This document shows, in pieces, positions 40,588-48,314 of a DNA stretch of 64,000 nt. The position numbers and the translations under genes are program-made. The stretch covers positions 56,924 to 120,923 of the forward strand of contig CAVTUQ010000011.1 of the NCBI GenBank assembly GCA_963737905.1, given 5' to 3'. Position 1 is the first letter of the stretch, and every line of letters begins with the position of its first letter. This DNA comes from an uncultured delta proteobacterium (GTDB lineage: Bacteria > Desulfobacterota > Binatia > UBA9968). The notes below the pieces were generated by a model, which saw only the letters and a program-made list of their open reading frames with translations, made no database searches and was not told the origin of the DNA.

Positions 40588-41319
40588 GTGATGCCATCCC
40601 TGGATAGTTCACGCGATCGCGCCGTTCAGGCCATGTTCGACAGAATTGCGGGACGCTATGACTTCTTGAATCGTGTTATCAGTTGTCGCCTGGACACTCT
40701 CTGGAGACGCAAAGCGATAAACGAGGTTCTGAAAAGCGGGGAGCCGCTCATTCTGGATCTCGGTGCGGGCACCGGTGATCTTACGTTCGCCGCAGTCAAG
40801 GAGATCACAGGCAACGGGCGAATCATCGGCCTGGATTTCTCGTTGCAGATGCTTCAACTGGCCCATTCCAAGCAACGCGGTGCTACGCATGGCGGCAAAG
40901 CGCATTTTGTTCAAGGCAACGCAATGTTTCTGCCATTCAAGGACTGCCTATTCGATGGGGTCATGACCGCGTTTGTGTTGCGCAATGTGTCAGATCTCTC
41001 CATGTTGTTCGCTCAGGCGTTTAGAGTCCTAAAAAACGGCGGAAGATTCGTGTCGTTGGATATGTTTCCGCTATCAAAGACCTGGTTTTCAGCCTTTTAC
41101 TCGCTATACTTTTACCGCTTGGTCCCGTGGATCGGTGGACTTCTGGCTCACGATCATGGCGCCTACCGGTATTTAGCCGAGTCCGTTGAAAACTTTTATT
41201 CACCGCAAGAAGTCGCGGCGCTTCTCGAACAAGCTGGTTTCGTGCGGGTGCGCATTCGAAGGTTTCTCAACGGGGCAGTTTGCATGCATGTGGCTGAGAA
41301 GCTTGGCTCAGCGCCGTAA
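40588..41319 (+). CDS. ubiE: Ubiquinone/menaquinone C-methyltransferase UbiE/MenG
   Basis: MFDRIAGRYDFLN, LDLGAGTGD, LRNVSD, AYRYLAES. Confidence 0.9.
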   Translation: MMPSLDSSRDRAVQAMFDRIAGRYDFLNRVISCRLDTLWRRKAINEVLKSGEPLILDLGAGTGDLTFAAVKEITGNGRIIGLDFSLQMLQLAHSKQRGATHGGKAHFVQGNAMFLPFKDCLFDGVMTAFVLRNVSDLSMLFAQAFRVLKNGGRFVSLDMFPLSKTWFSAFYSLYFYRLVPWIGGLLAHDHGAYRYLAESVENFYSPQEVAALLEQAGFVRVRIRRFLNGAVCMHVAEKLGSAP

Positions 41320-41333
41320 CCATCGTAAACGCT

Positions 41334-42164
41334 ATGCGGAGTTTTTCCAGCAGTTTTCTCCTGTTTTTCTATCAGATCGCGTTGGGGGGTCTCTTCGGGC
41401 TCGCCGTGACGCCCTTTCACGAACTCGAAAGAGCATTCTATAAATCAACAGCCGGTGTTTTGTTTGTCATAGCGGTGTTGGGGTTCTGGGGAAAGAGCCG
41501 TCTGTACTGGCAGAGCATCTCCGCTGAAAGTAGCTTTGCTAGCCTAGCAGAGATCCTATTTCATGGCTTGTTTGTGATCTGTTTTGCCGCCTACATGATC
41601 TCTCTCTGGGGTGAAAATCGAGAATTCAGGGCACGGAGTTTTGCCGCCTGCCTGCTCTGCGGCTTGACCGGACTCATTTTCAGCGCTCATGGCTTTTACC
41701 AGGCTCCCTTCCTGTCCTTCGAAACTTTCGTTTACCCCATGACGTTTTTCTTGTCCGCGCTGCTCCTCGGGACCGTAACCGTGGGGATGTTACTCGGTCA
41801 TTGGTACCTCATTGATACGGGTCAGAGCCTGGATCCGTTTATCCGGACATACAAATTTTTCGTCGTTGCGCTGCTGGTGCAAACGATGTTTCTATTCGTT
41901 TCGCTGATCACGCTTTATAGGTTCGGCGTATCAAGTAGTGTGATCGGCCTAGAACGTTTGTGGTTGGATCACCCCGCGCTTTTGCTCACGCGAGTCATCT
42001 CCGGCCAAGCCGCGCCGTTGATCTTGTCTTGGATGATCTGGCGAACACTGGTGATCCCGCACACCATGGCGGCGACGGGTCTTTTTTACATCGCGCTGTT
42101 AGGCGTTTTCGTAGGAGAGATTCTAGGAAAACAGATCTTGGCGCTGACCGCGCTACCGTTTTAG
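41334..42164 (+). CDS. Polytopic membrane protein of unknown function (GHWYL motif)
   Basis: About 8 hydrophobic segments; MLLGHWYL, HTMAATGLFY; 14 nt after ubiE. Confidence 0.75.
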   Translation: MRSFSSSFLLFFYQIALGGLFGLAVTPFHELERAFYKSTAGVLFVIAVLGFWGKSRLYWQSISAESSFASLAEILFHGLFVICFAAYMISLWGENREFRARSFAACLLCGLTGLIFSAHGFYQAPFLSFETFVYPMTFFLSALLLGTVTVGMLLGHWYLIDTGQSLDPFIRTYKFFVVALLVQTMFLFVSLITLYRFGVSSSVIGLERLWLDHPALLLTRVISGQAAPLILSWMIWRTLVIPHTMAATGLFYIALLGVFVGEILGKQILALTALPF

Positions 42165-42179
42165 CGCAACCATACCGAC

Positions 42180-42455
42180 TTAGTCAGACAATTGAGGATA
42201 GGTCTTGATCTTCGTAATTCGTAAGCCGCCCGAGGTCCACCCCAGATCGTATCCAATCCGCTCCCCCTCCCGGAGATCGAGCGGGGTCTTTGCTTCACCG
42301 GAGAGAGTGACCAAATCATAAGAGAAGCGAACTTCTCGCCCGCTCTCGGTCCGAACGACTCCCATATTGTTTGATGGGAAAAGCTTAACTATCACACCGT
42401 GGTGATAGTAATCCTCGTCGCGGGACCGGGATGGGTTTTCCTGATTGTCACTCAT
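42180..42455 (-). CDS. Small protein with degenerate cold-shock/OB-fold-like pattern
   Basis: GVIVKLFPSNNMGVVRTESGREVRF...LREGERIGYDL resembles the CSD pattern G.VKWF...GFI...L.EG..V.F. Confidence 0.6.
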   Translation of the reverse strand: MSDNQENPSRSRDEDYYHHGVIVKLFPSNNMGVVRTESGREVRFSYDLVTLSGEAKTPLDLREGERIGYDLGWTSGGLRITKIKTYPQLSD

Positions 42456-42594
42456 GATTTATTTTTGGGACTTTTGTAGATTGGCATCGACGGGAGGAAA
42501 AAAAATGTGTCTTGCCGTTCCAACGGGATCTGAAGACGCCCGCGGCCGCCGATGATCATAGCCGTGCGCGAAGGGCAAAAATTCAGCGTAAAAG

Positions 42595-43107
42595 TCACGC
42601 CTTTAAGGATTGCTCTTGTCCCGCAATTCGGCCCTGAAGTTCCATCAAGCCGTCCAGAACCGCTTCAGGCCGTGGAGGACATCCTGGAACATACACATCG
42701 ACTGGAATGATACGATCAATTCCCTGAACCGTCGCATAATTATCGTAAAAACCACCGCTCGCGGCACAGGCACCAAATGCCATCACCCACTTGGGCTCGG
42801 ACATTTGCTCGTAGACACGCTTCAGGACCGGGGAAAGTTTGTGATTGACCGTGCCTATGACCATCAATAGGTCCGCCTGCCTTGGGCTGAAGCGCGGCAG
42901 CAGAGCACCGAAACGGTCGATATCGTAAGGCGACATCGACAGAGACATATACTCCATCGCGCAGCAGGCTGTCGCGAACGGGTATGGAAACAGTGAATAC
43001 TTCCGCGCCCAACCTACCGCCTTGTCCACACGAGTCAGCACAACGGAATCCGCCAGGAGCGCCTCTGGGCCCGTTTTTGATTCAATCGAGGAGTTCGCAG
43101 CTTGCAT
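42595..43107 (-). CDS. nuoB: NADH-quinone oxidoreductase subunit B (stand-alone)
   Basis: TACCAMEY, SPRQADL, YEQMSEPKWVMAFGACA, VDVYVPGCPPRPE. Confidence 0.93.
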   Translation of the reverse strand: MQAANSSIESKTGPEALLADSVVLTRVDKAVGWARKYSLFPYPFATACCAMEYMSLSMSPYDIDRFGALLPRFSPRQADLLMVIGTVNHKLSPVLKRVYEQMSEPKWVMAFGACAASGGFYDNYATVQGIDRIIPVDVYVPGCPPRPEAVLDGLMELQGRIAGQEQSLKA

Positions 43108-43193
43108 GAGCTTACGGTACTACTTCCCCCTCAGCTAAACAATAATGGGGCTATGAAAACGTCGCGAGGGACGATTGCTACATGTCAACGCCG

Positions 43194-43394
43194 TTAAAGC
43201 TTGACTACATTGATGGCCTGCGGCCCCTTTTCTCCCTGTGCGATTTCAAATTCCACCGATTGGCCTTCGTTGAGGGTTTTAAATCCGTCCCCTTGGATCG
43301 CCGTGTAGTGAACAAAAACGTCACCGCCGCCTTCTTTCTCGATAAAACCATATCCCTTGGAGTTGTTAAACCATTTTACTTTACCAGTTGCCAT
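43194..43394 (-). CDS. csp: Cold-shock protein
   Basis: [31 protein letters not shown]; RBS GGAGG. Confidence 0.96.
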   Translation of the reverse strand: MATGKVKWFNNSKGYGFIEKEGGGDVFVHYTAIQGDGFKTLNEGQSVEFEIAQGEKGPQAINVVKL

Positions 43395-43532
43395 TGCTTA
43401 GAACCTCCCGATCCACGTTGCTTCAACTCCCATGCGAATTTTGAGTCTCGTAGTTGTGCACCTCTCCCACCCCCGCGACCCGCGTTTTTGAACTCCATGC
43501 AAGTCTGGACGATCCTTTCTGTAGGGACGGAC

Positions 43533-43560
43533 ATTAGATAAAGCTGTGTATCGTTGTCAA
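43533..43560 (-). promoter_or_regulatory. Putative sigma70 promoter of csp, implying a ~130-nt 5' UTR
   Basis: Minus strand TTGACA-16 nt-TCTAAT. Confidence 0.5.
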
Positions 43561-43663
43561 GACAAAATTTTCTGTCGAATGCCTCAGCATCTCTGCGGTG
43601 GCTATCGCTGCCAAGCCCCCCCTTCTCCTCCCAAGGAGGGCAAAACGCAGCGGTCGGAGCTTT

Positions 43664-43827
43664 TTGGGGGACTACACATTGTAACGCTCTCGATGGTCAC
43701 TCGTATCAAGGAGACTTATCGTATGACTATCGCCCTGTGGGTTGGTCCGGCGAGAAAGGTAATCGTCGCCTCCTTTGAAAGGGGTTGCACCCTGGAATGC
43801 TCCCACAATACCCCGCAAAGTCCCCAA
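43664..43827 (-). ncRNA. Candidate rod-shaped structured RNA (family unknown)
   Basis: Nested end-to-end pairing on the minus strand: GGGGACU/AGUCCCC, UAUUGUGG/UUACAAUG, UCAAAGGAGGC/GUCUCCUUGA, GAUUA/UAGUC, UCGCC/GGCGA. A TAGAAT -10 element (43836-43841) lies just upstream. Confidence 0.45.
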
Positions 43828-43980
43828 TTGCGCTAATTCTAGGAGGCGCCCAGAATTGAATCTTCAGTATTCCTGGGGGACCAAAGATCTTTGCCTATTC
43901 TTTAAGCAACCGCTAACCAACTGAATCCAATAGTGAAATTCATATGGCGGCATGATTTACGTCGAGAAAACTATTTTATA

Positions 43981-44009
43981 TTGACTTCGGGTGCTTTTTT
44001 CATTATAAA
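43981..44009 (+). promoter_or_regulatory. Putative sigma70 promoter of thrB
   Basis: TTGACT-17 nt-TATAAA. Confidence 0.6.
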
Positions 44010-44099
44010 TGGCTTAGTTAGCGTTTGAATGATCGGATAGTCTTGGTCGGAAAGAGGGCTCTCCCGCGTCGGTCGGTAGGTGATCTAGAAAGCAACCGG

Positions 44100-45122
44100 A
44101 TGGCCATTTACACTGAAATCACGAAAAAGGATGCGACGAAGATCGTGGAGGAGTTCACTCTCGGTGATCTCGTATCCTGTTCTGGGATCAAGAATGGTTC
44201 GGTGAACACGCACTACCTGCTGGAAACCAAGCGGGGTCGATTTTTCGCCAAGATCGACGAAATCAAGAGCGAACTTGAGGTAAAGCAAGAGCTAGACCTA
44301 CTGTTTCACCTCAGGAAACAAGGTTTCCCTTGTCTACAACCACTGAAAACCAAAACGGGAAGATACTACATCGAGTATAGGGGTAAATGTCTCACAGTGA
44401 GTCGCTATCTGGACGGCATGGAACTCCCAATCGACTCTCTCACCGCAAACCATCTAGGTATTCTCGGTCACACATTGGCCAACCTGCATCTAATCGGAAG
44501 AAGCTACAAGAAGGGGATCGATAACCGCTTCGGATTCAGCCGAATCGTGGCAATCTACCGGGAGGTGCGTCGACAACTCCCCTCTCACTTGAGAAACATC
44601 GTTCGGGTCTTGGATGATGAATTCTCCTACCTCGAGAATTACCTTGACAACAATCTGCCCAAGGGAATTATTCACGGAGATTTCTTCCCGGACAATGTAA
44701 AGTTCAAAGGCAGTCGGTTGGTTGGGGTGGTGGACTTCGAAGCCGCATGCAGGGGGAAACTCATTTACGATCTCGCTACCGCGGTCAACGCGCTTTGTTT
44801 CGTTGACCAGCGTTACCGCATTGACCGCTTCGAAGCCTTGATTTCCGGCTATGAAGGTCTCCGGCCTCTCTCTCTACCGGAATGGGATTCGTTTCCCAAC
44901 GAGTTACGTTTTTCCGCCTTGCGGTTTACGGTCACGCGAATTAAGGATTTCTATCTAAGAAAAACAGATGACAGCCAGCGGATCTACAAAGACTTCAAGG
45001 AGTTTTACGATAGGCTGTTGGTCCTTAGGCGGGAGAAGAGTGGCGGTATGGAGGACATACTCCTCGCTATGGCAACCGGATACGATTACCGAAAATACCA
45101 GAAATCGAAGCCTTCCAAATAA
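44100..45122 (+). CDS. thrB: Homoserine kinase type II (APH-like)
   Basis: MAIYT, GI..G..NT.Y, LANLH, LPKGIIHGDFFPDNV, VDFEAAC, LRFTVTRI.D. Confidence 0.85.
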   Translation: MAIYTEITKKDATKIVEEFTLGDLVSCSGIKNGSVNTHYLLETKRGRFFAKIDEIKSELEVKQELDLLFHLRKQGFPCLQPLKTKTGRYYIEYRGKCLTVSRYLDGMELPIDSLTANHLGILGHTLANLHLIGRSYKKGIDNRFGFSRIVAIYREVRRQLPSHLRNIVRVLDDEFSYLENYLDNNLPKGIIHGDFFPDNVKFKGSRLVGVVDFEAACRGKLIYDLATAVNALCFVDQRYRIDRFEALISGYEGLRPLSLPEWDSFPNELRFSALRFTVTRIKDFYLRKTDDSQRIYKDFKEFYDRLLVLRREKSGGMEDILLAMATGYDYRKYQKSKPSK

Positions 45123-45126
45123 TACT

Positions 45127-45573
45127 CTACATCCCCGGATGATCGGTTCTACGCATGCCACTCAGTGTGCTCATTTTCTTCTGCGCATCGCGACGGATAA
45201 GCCGAATCAAGGACCATAACATCAGCAGAACCCCGCAAAGAAACAACGTCCGTCCGCCCGTCAATACCACGTAAAAGAAGTTGAGTTTCACCCTCGCCGC
45301 GTTGTACTTCTCCCTATCTTCGTTGATGCGGCGGAGCACCTCTTCGTTTTTCTGATGATCGAGCTCCTGAAAGCTTCTGTAGGACTCTTCCAAGCCGGTT
45401 TGTTCGGTTCGGTGTAACAGGTTCTGATATTTGGTTGTCTCAACGGCACCCACCACCCAGTTGCCGATTCCCAGCACTAAACAGACAATCCCCGCTAGGA
45501 GTAAATAACTCGAGTAGATATCACGCGCCTTCACTTTATCTATCCGTCTAACAGAATTCCCGGTTAGGGTCAA
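45127..45573 (-). CDS. Hypothetical two-TM membrane protein (start uncertain)
   Basis: Two hydrophobic helices flank a charged helical segment; fills the gap between thrB and the riboswitch promoter. Confidence 0.6.
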   Translation of the reverse strand: MTLTGNSVRRIDKVKARDIYSSYLLLAGIVCLVLGIGNWVVGAVETTKYQNLLHRTEQTGLEESYRSFQELDHQKNEEVLRRINEDREKYNAARVKLNFFYVVLTGGRTLFLCGVLLMLWSLIRLIRRDAQKKMSTLSGMRRTDHPGM

Positions 45574-45585
45574 TTTTACATAGCC

Positions 45586-45614
45586 TTGACACGCCGCGGC
45601 TACTGGGGTACGGT
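45586..45614 (+). promoter_or_regulatory. Putative sigma70 promoter of the SAM-riboswitch operon
   Basis: TTGACA-17 nt-TACGGT, ~20 nt before riboswitch P1. Confidence 0.55.
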
Positions 45615-45635
45615 CACCCCCAAGTAGTGTCTGGA

Positions 45636-45749
45636 CACCTTATCCAGAGTGGTGGAGGGAGCGGCCCTTCGAAGCCACAGCAACCGGTTTCTGAAAACGG
45701 AAGGCGGTGCTAATTCCTGCCCCCTTAATTCGGGGGGAAAGATAAGGTG
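45636..45749 (+). promoter_or_regulatory. SAM-I (S-box) riboswitch aptamer
   Basis: P1 CACCTTATC/GATAAGGTG; conserved ATCCAGAG, GGAGGGA..GGCCC..GAAGCC, CAGCAACC, GGTGCTAATTCC, GAAAGATAAG. Confidence 0.95.
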
Positions 45750-45754
45750 AGGTT

Positions 45755-45800
45755 AAGCCTCTTCTTATCTTTAAGTTAGATTGGGAAGAGGTTTTTTTTT
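45755..45800 (+). terminator. Riboswitch expression-platform intrinsic terminator
   Basis: Stem AAGCCTCTTCTTA/TGGGAAGAGGTTT followed by T9; CTTATCTT in the 5' arm can alternatively pair with AAGATAAG of P1 (antiterminator). Confidence 0.85.
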
Positions 45801-45805
45801 AGCGG

Positions 45806-47896
45806 ATGTTCCCTTTGAATACTCGTCTTACCACAGACCAGATCGAGCGCTACAGCAGGCAGATCATGATCCCCGATCTCGGCGGTAAGGGACAGATACG
45901 GCTCCGGCAAGCTCGAGTTCTAATCATAGGGGCCGGTGGCCTAGGCTCACCGGCGGCCCTCTATTTAGGGGCTGCAGGTGTCGGGACTCTCGGCCTGGTC
46001 GATCCTGATCGTGTGGAATTGTCGAATCTACAACGCCAAATCCTCCACACCACGCTTGACCTCAGCCACCCGAAGGTAGAATCGGCCAAGGATAAAATCA
46101 GCAAACTCAACCCAGAGGTGGAAGTCGTCATCTATCCCGTCCGGCTCGAAGAAGACAACGGCGCCGCTATCTTTTCGGGGTATGATTTTATCGTTGACGG
46201 CAGCGACAATTTTCCCACCAAATTTTTGGTTAACGATCTTGCGGTGAGTATGGACATTGCTTTTTCTCACGCCGGAATCGTCCGTTTGCAAGGACAAACG
46301 ATGACCGTCGTGCCTCGGAAAAGCGCCTGCTATCGTTGTCTGTTCAGAGAGCCACCTCCTCCCGGAGAAATATTGAATTGCCAGCAAGCCGGTATACTCG
46401 GAGCCGTTGCAGGTACCATGGGTTCGATCCAGGCAACCGAAGCGATTAAGTATCTTGCCGGCTTTGAGGAAGGATTGCTGACGGATCGATTGCTGACGTA
46501 CGACGCAAAATCGATGAAATTTCATATGATAGACGTAAACAGAGACGTTCATTGTGCCGCATGTGGTGTAGAACGGATCGCACGGCGAGTGTCTCCCCAA
46601 GCACCTAAAACGCAAGCAACGGAAGGGATAACCATGAGCTTCGTTAGAGGGCTCCAATGCAAGGAATGCAGGCAGGAATATCCAAAAGAGCCGCTGCACG
46701 TGTGCGAAACCTGCTTCGGTCCTCTGGAGATTGTGTATGATTATGACGGCATCAAAAAGTCCATCAGCCGTGAAAAGATCGCCTCCCGTGACAAAAGCCT
46801 GTGGCGCTATCGCGAACTACTGCCCATCGATGGAGAACCGCAGGCGGGTCTTTATTCGGGCTTTACCCCTCTCGTCCGCGCCCGGAGGCTCGGCGAAGCG
46901 TTGGACGTCAAAGAACTCTACATCAAAGATGATTCAGTGAACCACCCCACTTTTTCATACAAAGATCGCGTTGTTGCTGTTGCGATATCAAAGGCCATAG
47001 AGTTCGGATTCGACACCGTCTCCTGCGCGTCGACTGGAAATCTCGCCAATGCAGTCGCGGCCCACGCCGCGAGAGCTGGGTTGAACTGCTACGTTTTTAT
47101 CCCCGAGGGCCTGGAACAGGGGAAGATCGTCGGGTCCGCCATTTATGGACCCAAAACCGTCGCGATCAAAGGAAATTACGATGACGTGAATCGGCTCTGC
47201 AGTGAGATCGGCGACAAATACGGCTGGGCCTTTGTCAACGTCAATCTGAGACCCTATTACTCAGAAGGCGCCAAGACGCATGGCTTCGAGGTGGCGGAAC
47301 AGCTTGGCTGGAAGCTTCCCAAACACATTGTCGTTGCATCCGCCGGGGGAACGATCCTGCCCAAGCTTGCAAAGGCTTTCAAAGAATTGATTAAAGTCGG
47401 TCTGGTCGAGGATACCGGCTGTAAGATTTATTCCGCTCAAGCCGCCGGCTGTGCCCCGATCATCAACGCGCTCCAAGAGGGAACTGATTTGATCAATCCC
47501 GTGAAACCAAACACAATCGCGAGCTCCATCGCTATTGGAAATCCGGCAGACGGCCACTATGTCCTTCAAGCCCTGCGGGAGTCGGGCGGATGGGGCGAAA
47601 GCGTCACCGACCAAGAAATTCTCGAAGGGATCAAACTGTTGGCCCAGACCGAGGGAATATTTACCGAGCCAGCGGGTGGAACCGAAGTGGCTGTGACCAA
47701 GAAACTCATCCAAAAGGGCAGAATCCCCCGGGACGAGTCCCTCGTCATTAGCATCACCGGCAACGGGTATAAGACTCTGGAAGCGGTCGCGGGCAGTGTC
47801 GAAAAGCCGTTGACCATCAATGCGACCCTGCGAAACTTCGATGACCTTTACCAACAGCTCAACCCGACGGTTACAGCAAAAGCCGCGAGCGGTTAG
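45806..47896 (+). CDS. In-frame fusion of a MoeB/ThiF E1-like adenylyltransferase (aa 1-~255) and a threonine-synthase-like PLP enzyme (from Met277 at 46634)
   Basis: RYSRQ, GAGGLG, SNLQRQ, DGSDNF, CYRC/CAAC zinc site; then CKEC/CETC, LWRYRELLP, PTFSYKDR, ASTGN, IAIGNP, ITGNGYK. No stop between the domains. Confidence 0.9.
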   Translation: MFPLNTRLTTDQIERYSRQIMIPDLGGKGQIRLRQARVLIIGAGGLGSPAALYLGAAGVGTLGLVDPDRVELSNLQRQILHTTLDLSHPKVESAKDKISKLNPEVEVVIYPVRLEEDNGAAIFSGYDFIVDGSDNFPTKFLVNDLAVSMDIAFSHAGIVRLQGQTMTVVPRKSACYRCLFREPPPPGEILNCQQAGILGAVAGTMGSIQATEAIKYLAGFEEGLLTDRLLTYDAKSMKFHMIDVNRDVHCAACGVERIARRVSPQAPKTQATEGITMSFVRGLQCKECRQEYPKEPLHVCETCFGPLEIVYDYDGIKKSISREKIASRDKSLWRYRELLPIDGEPQAGLYSGFTPLVRARRLGEALDVKELYIKDDSVNHPTFSYKDRVVAVAISKAIEFGFDTVSCASTGNLANAVAAHAARAGLNCYVFIPEGLEQGKIVGSAIYGPKTVAIKGNYDDVNRLCSEIGDKYGWAFVNVNLRPYYSEGAKTHGFEVAEQLGWKLPKHIVVASAGGTILPKLAKAFKELIKVGLVEDTGCKIYSAQAAGCAPIINALQEGTDLINPVKPNTIASSIAIGNPADGHYVLQALRESGGWGESVTDQEILEGIKLLAQTEGIFTEPAGGTEVAVTKKLIQKGRIPRDESLVISITGNGYKTLEAVAGSVEKPLTINATLRNFDDLYQQLNPTVTAKAASG

Positions 47897-48018
47897 AAAT
47901 TCATACGTTTATCGGGTGCGGTGTCGCACCGCCCCATTTCGCGAAGGATTGTATCAAGAGTCGTAATTACAAAGTTTTCAGCTATTATTTCTTCTATCGA
48001 TCCGAAGGAGGTTATGCT

Positions 48019-48306
48019 ATGCCAGTGCAAGTTCGTGTTCCCACCCCGCTCAGAAAGTTCACTCAGGGCGCCGATGAGGTTAGCGCGCAGGGCGCCAATA
48101 TTAAGGCGTTAGTAGACGATCTTGAGAAGAATTTCCCCGGCATCAAGGAACGGATCTGCGATGAAACCGGAAAGATCCGCCGTTTCGTAAACGTTTACCT
48201 CAACGGCGACGACATCCGTTTTTTACAAAACCTGGAAACCGGACTGAAAGAGGGAGATAATATTTCTATTGTCCCGGCCATTGCCGGGGGCGCTAATTCT
48301 CACTAG
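48019..48306 (+). CDS. Ubiquitin-like sulfur carrier (MoaD/ThiS/CysO family) with C-terminal GG-ANSH extension
   Basis: VRVPTPLRKFT, RRFVNVYLNGDDIR, VPAIAGG-ANSH; RBS AAGGAGG. Confidence 0.93.
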   Translation: MPVQVRVPTPLRKFTQGADEVSAQGANIKALVDDLEKNFPGIKERICDETGKIRRFVNVYLNGDDIRFLQNLETGLKEGDNISIVPAIAGGANSH

Positions 48307-48314
48307 AGCGGACG

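Noticed and set aside
43664-43827. 6S RNA, SRP RNA or tmRNA identity for the rod structure
   Set aside because: No large central bubble or 6S consensus, no SRP GGAA/CAGG-AGCAG domain, no tRNA-like CCA end.
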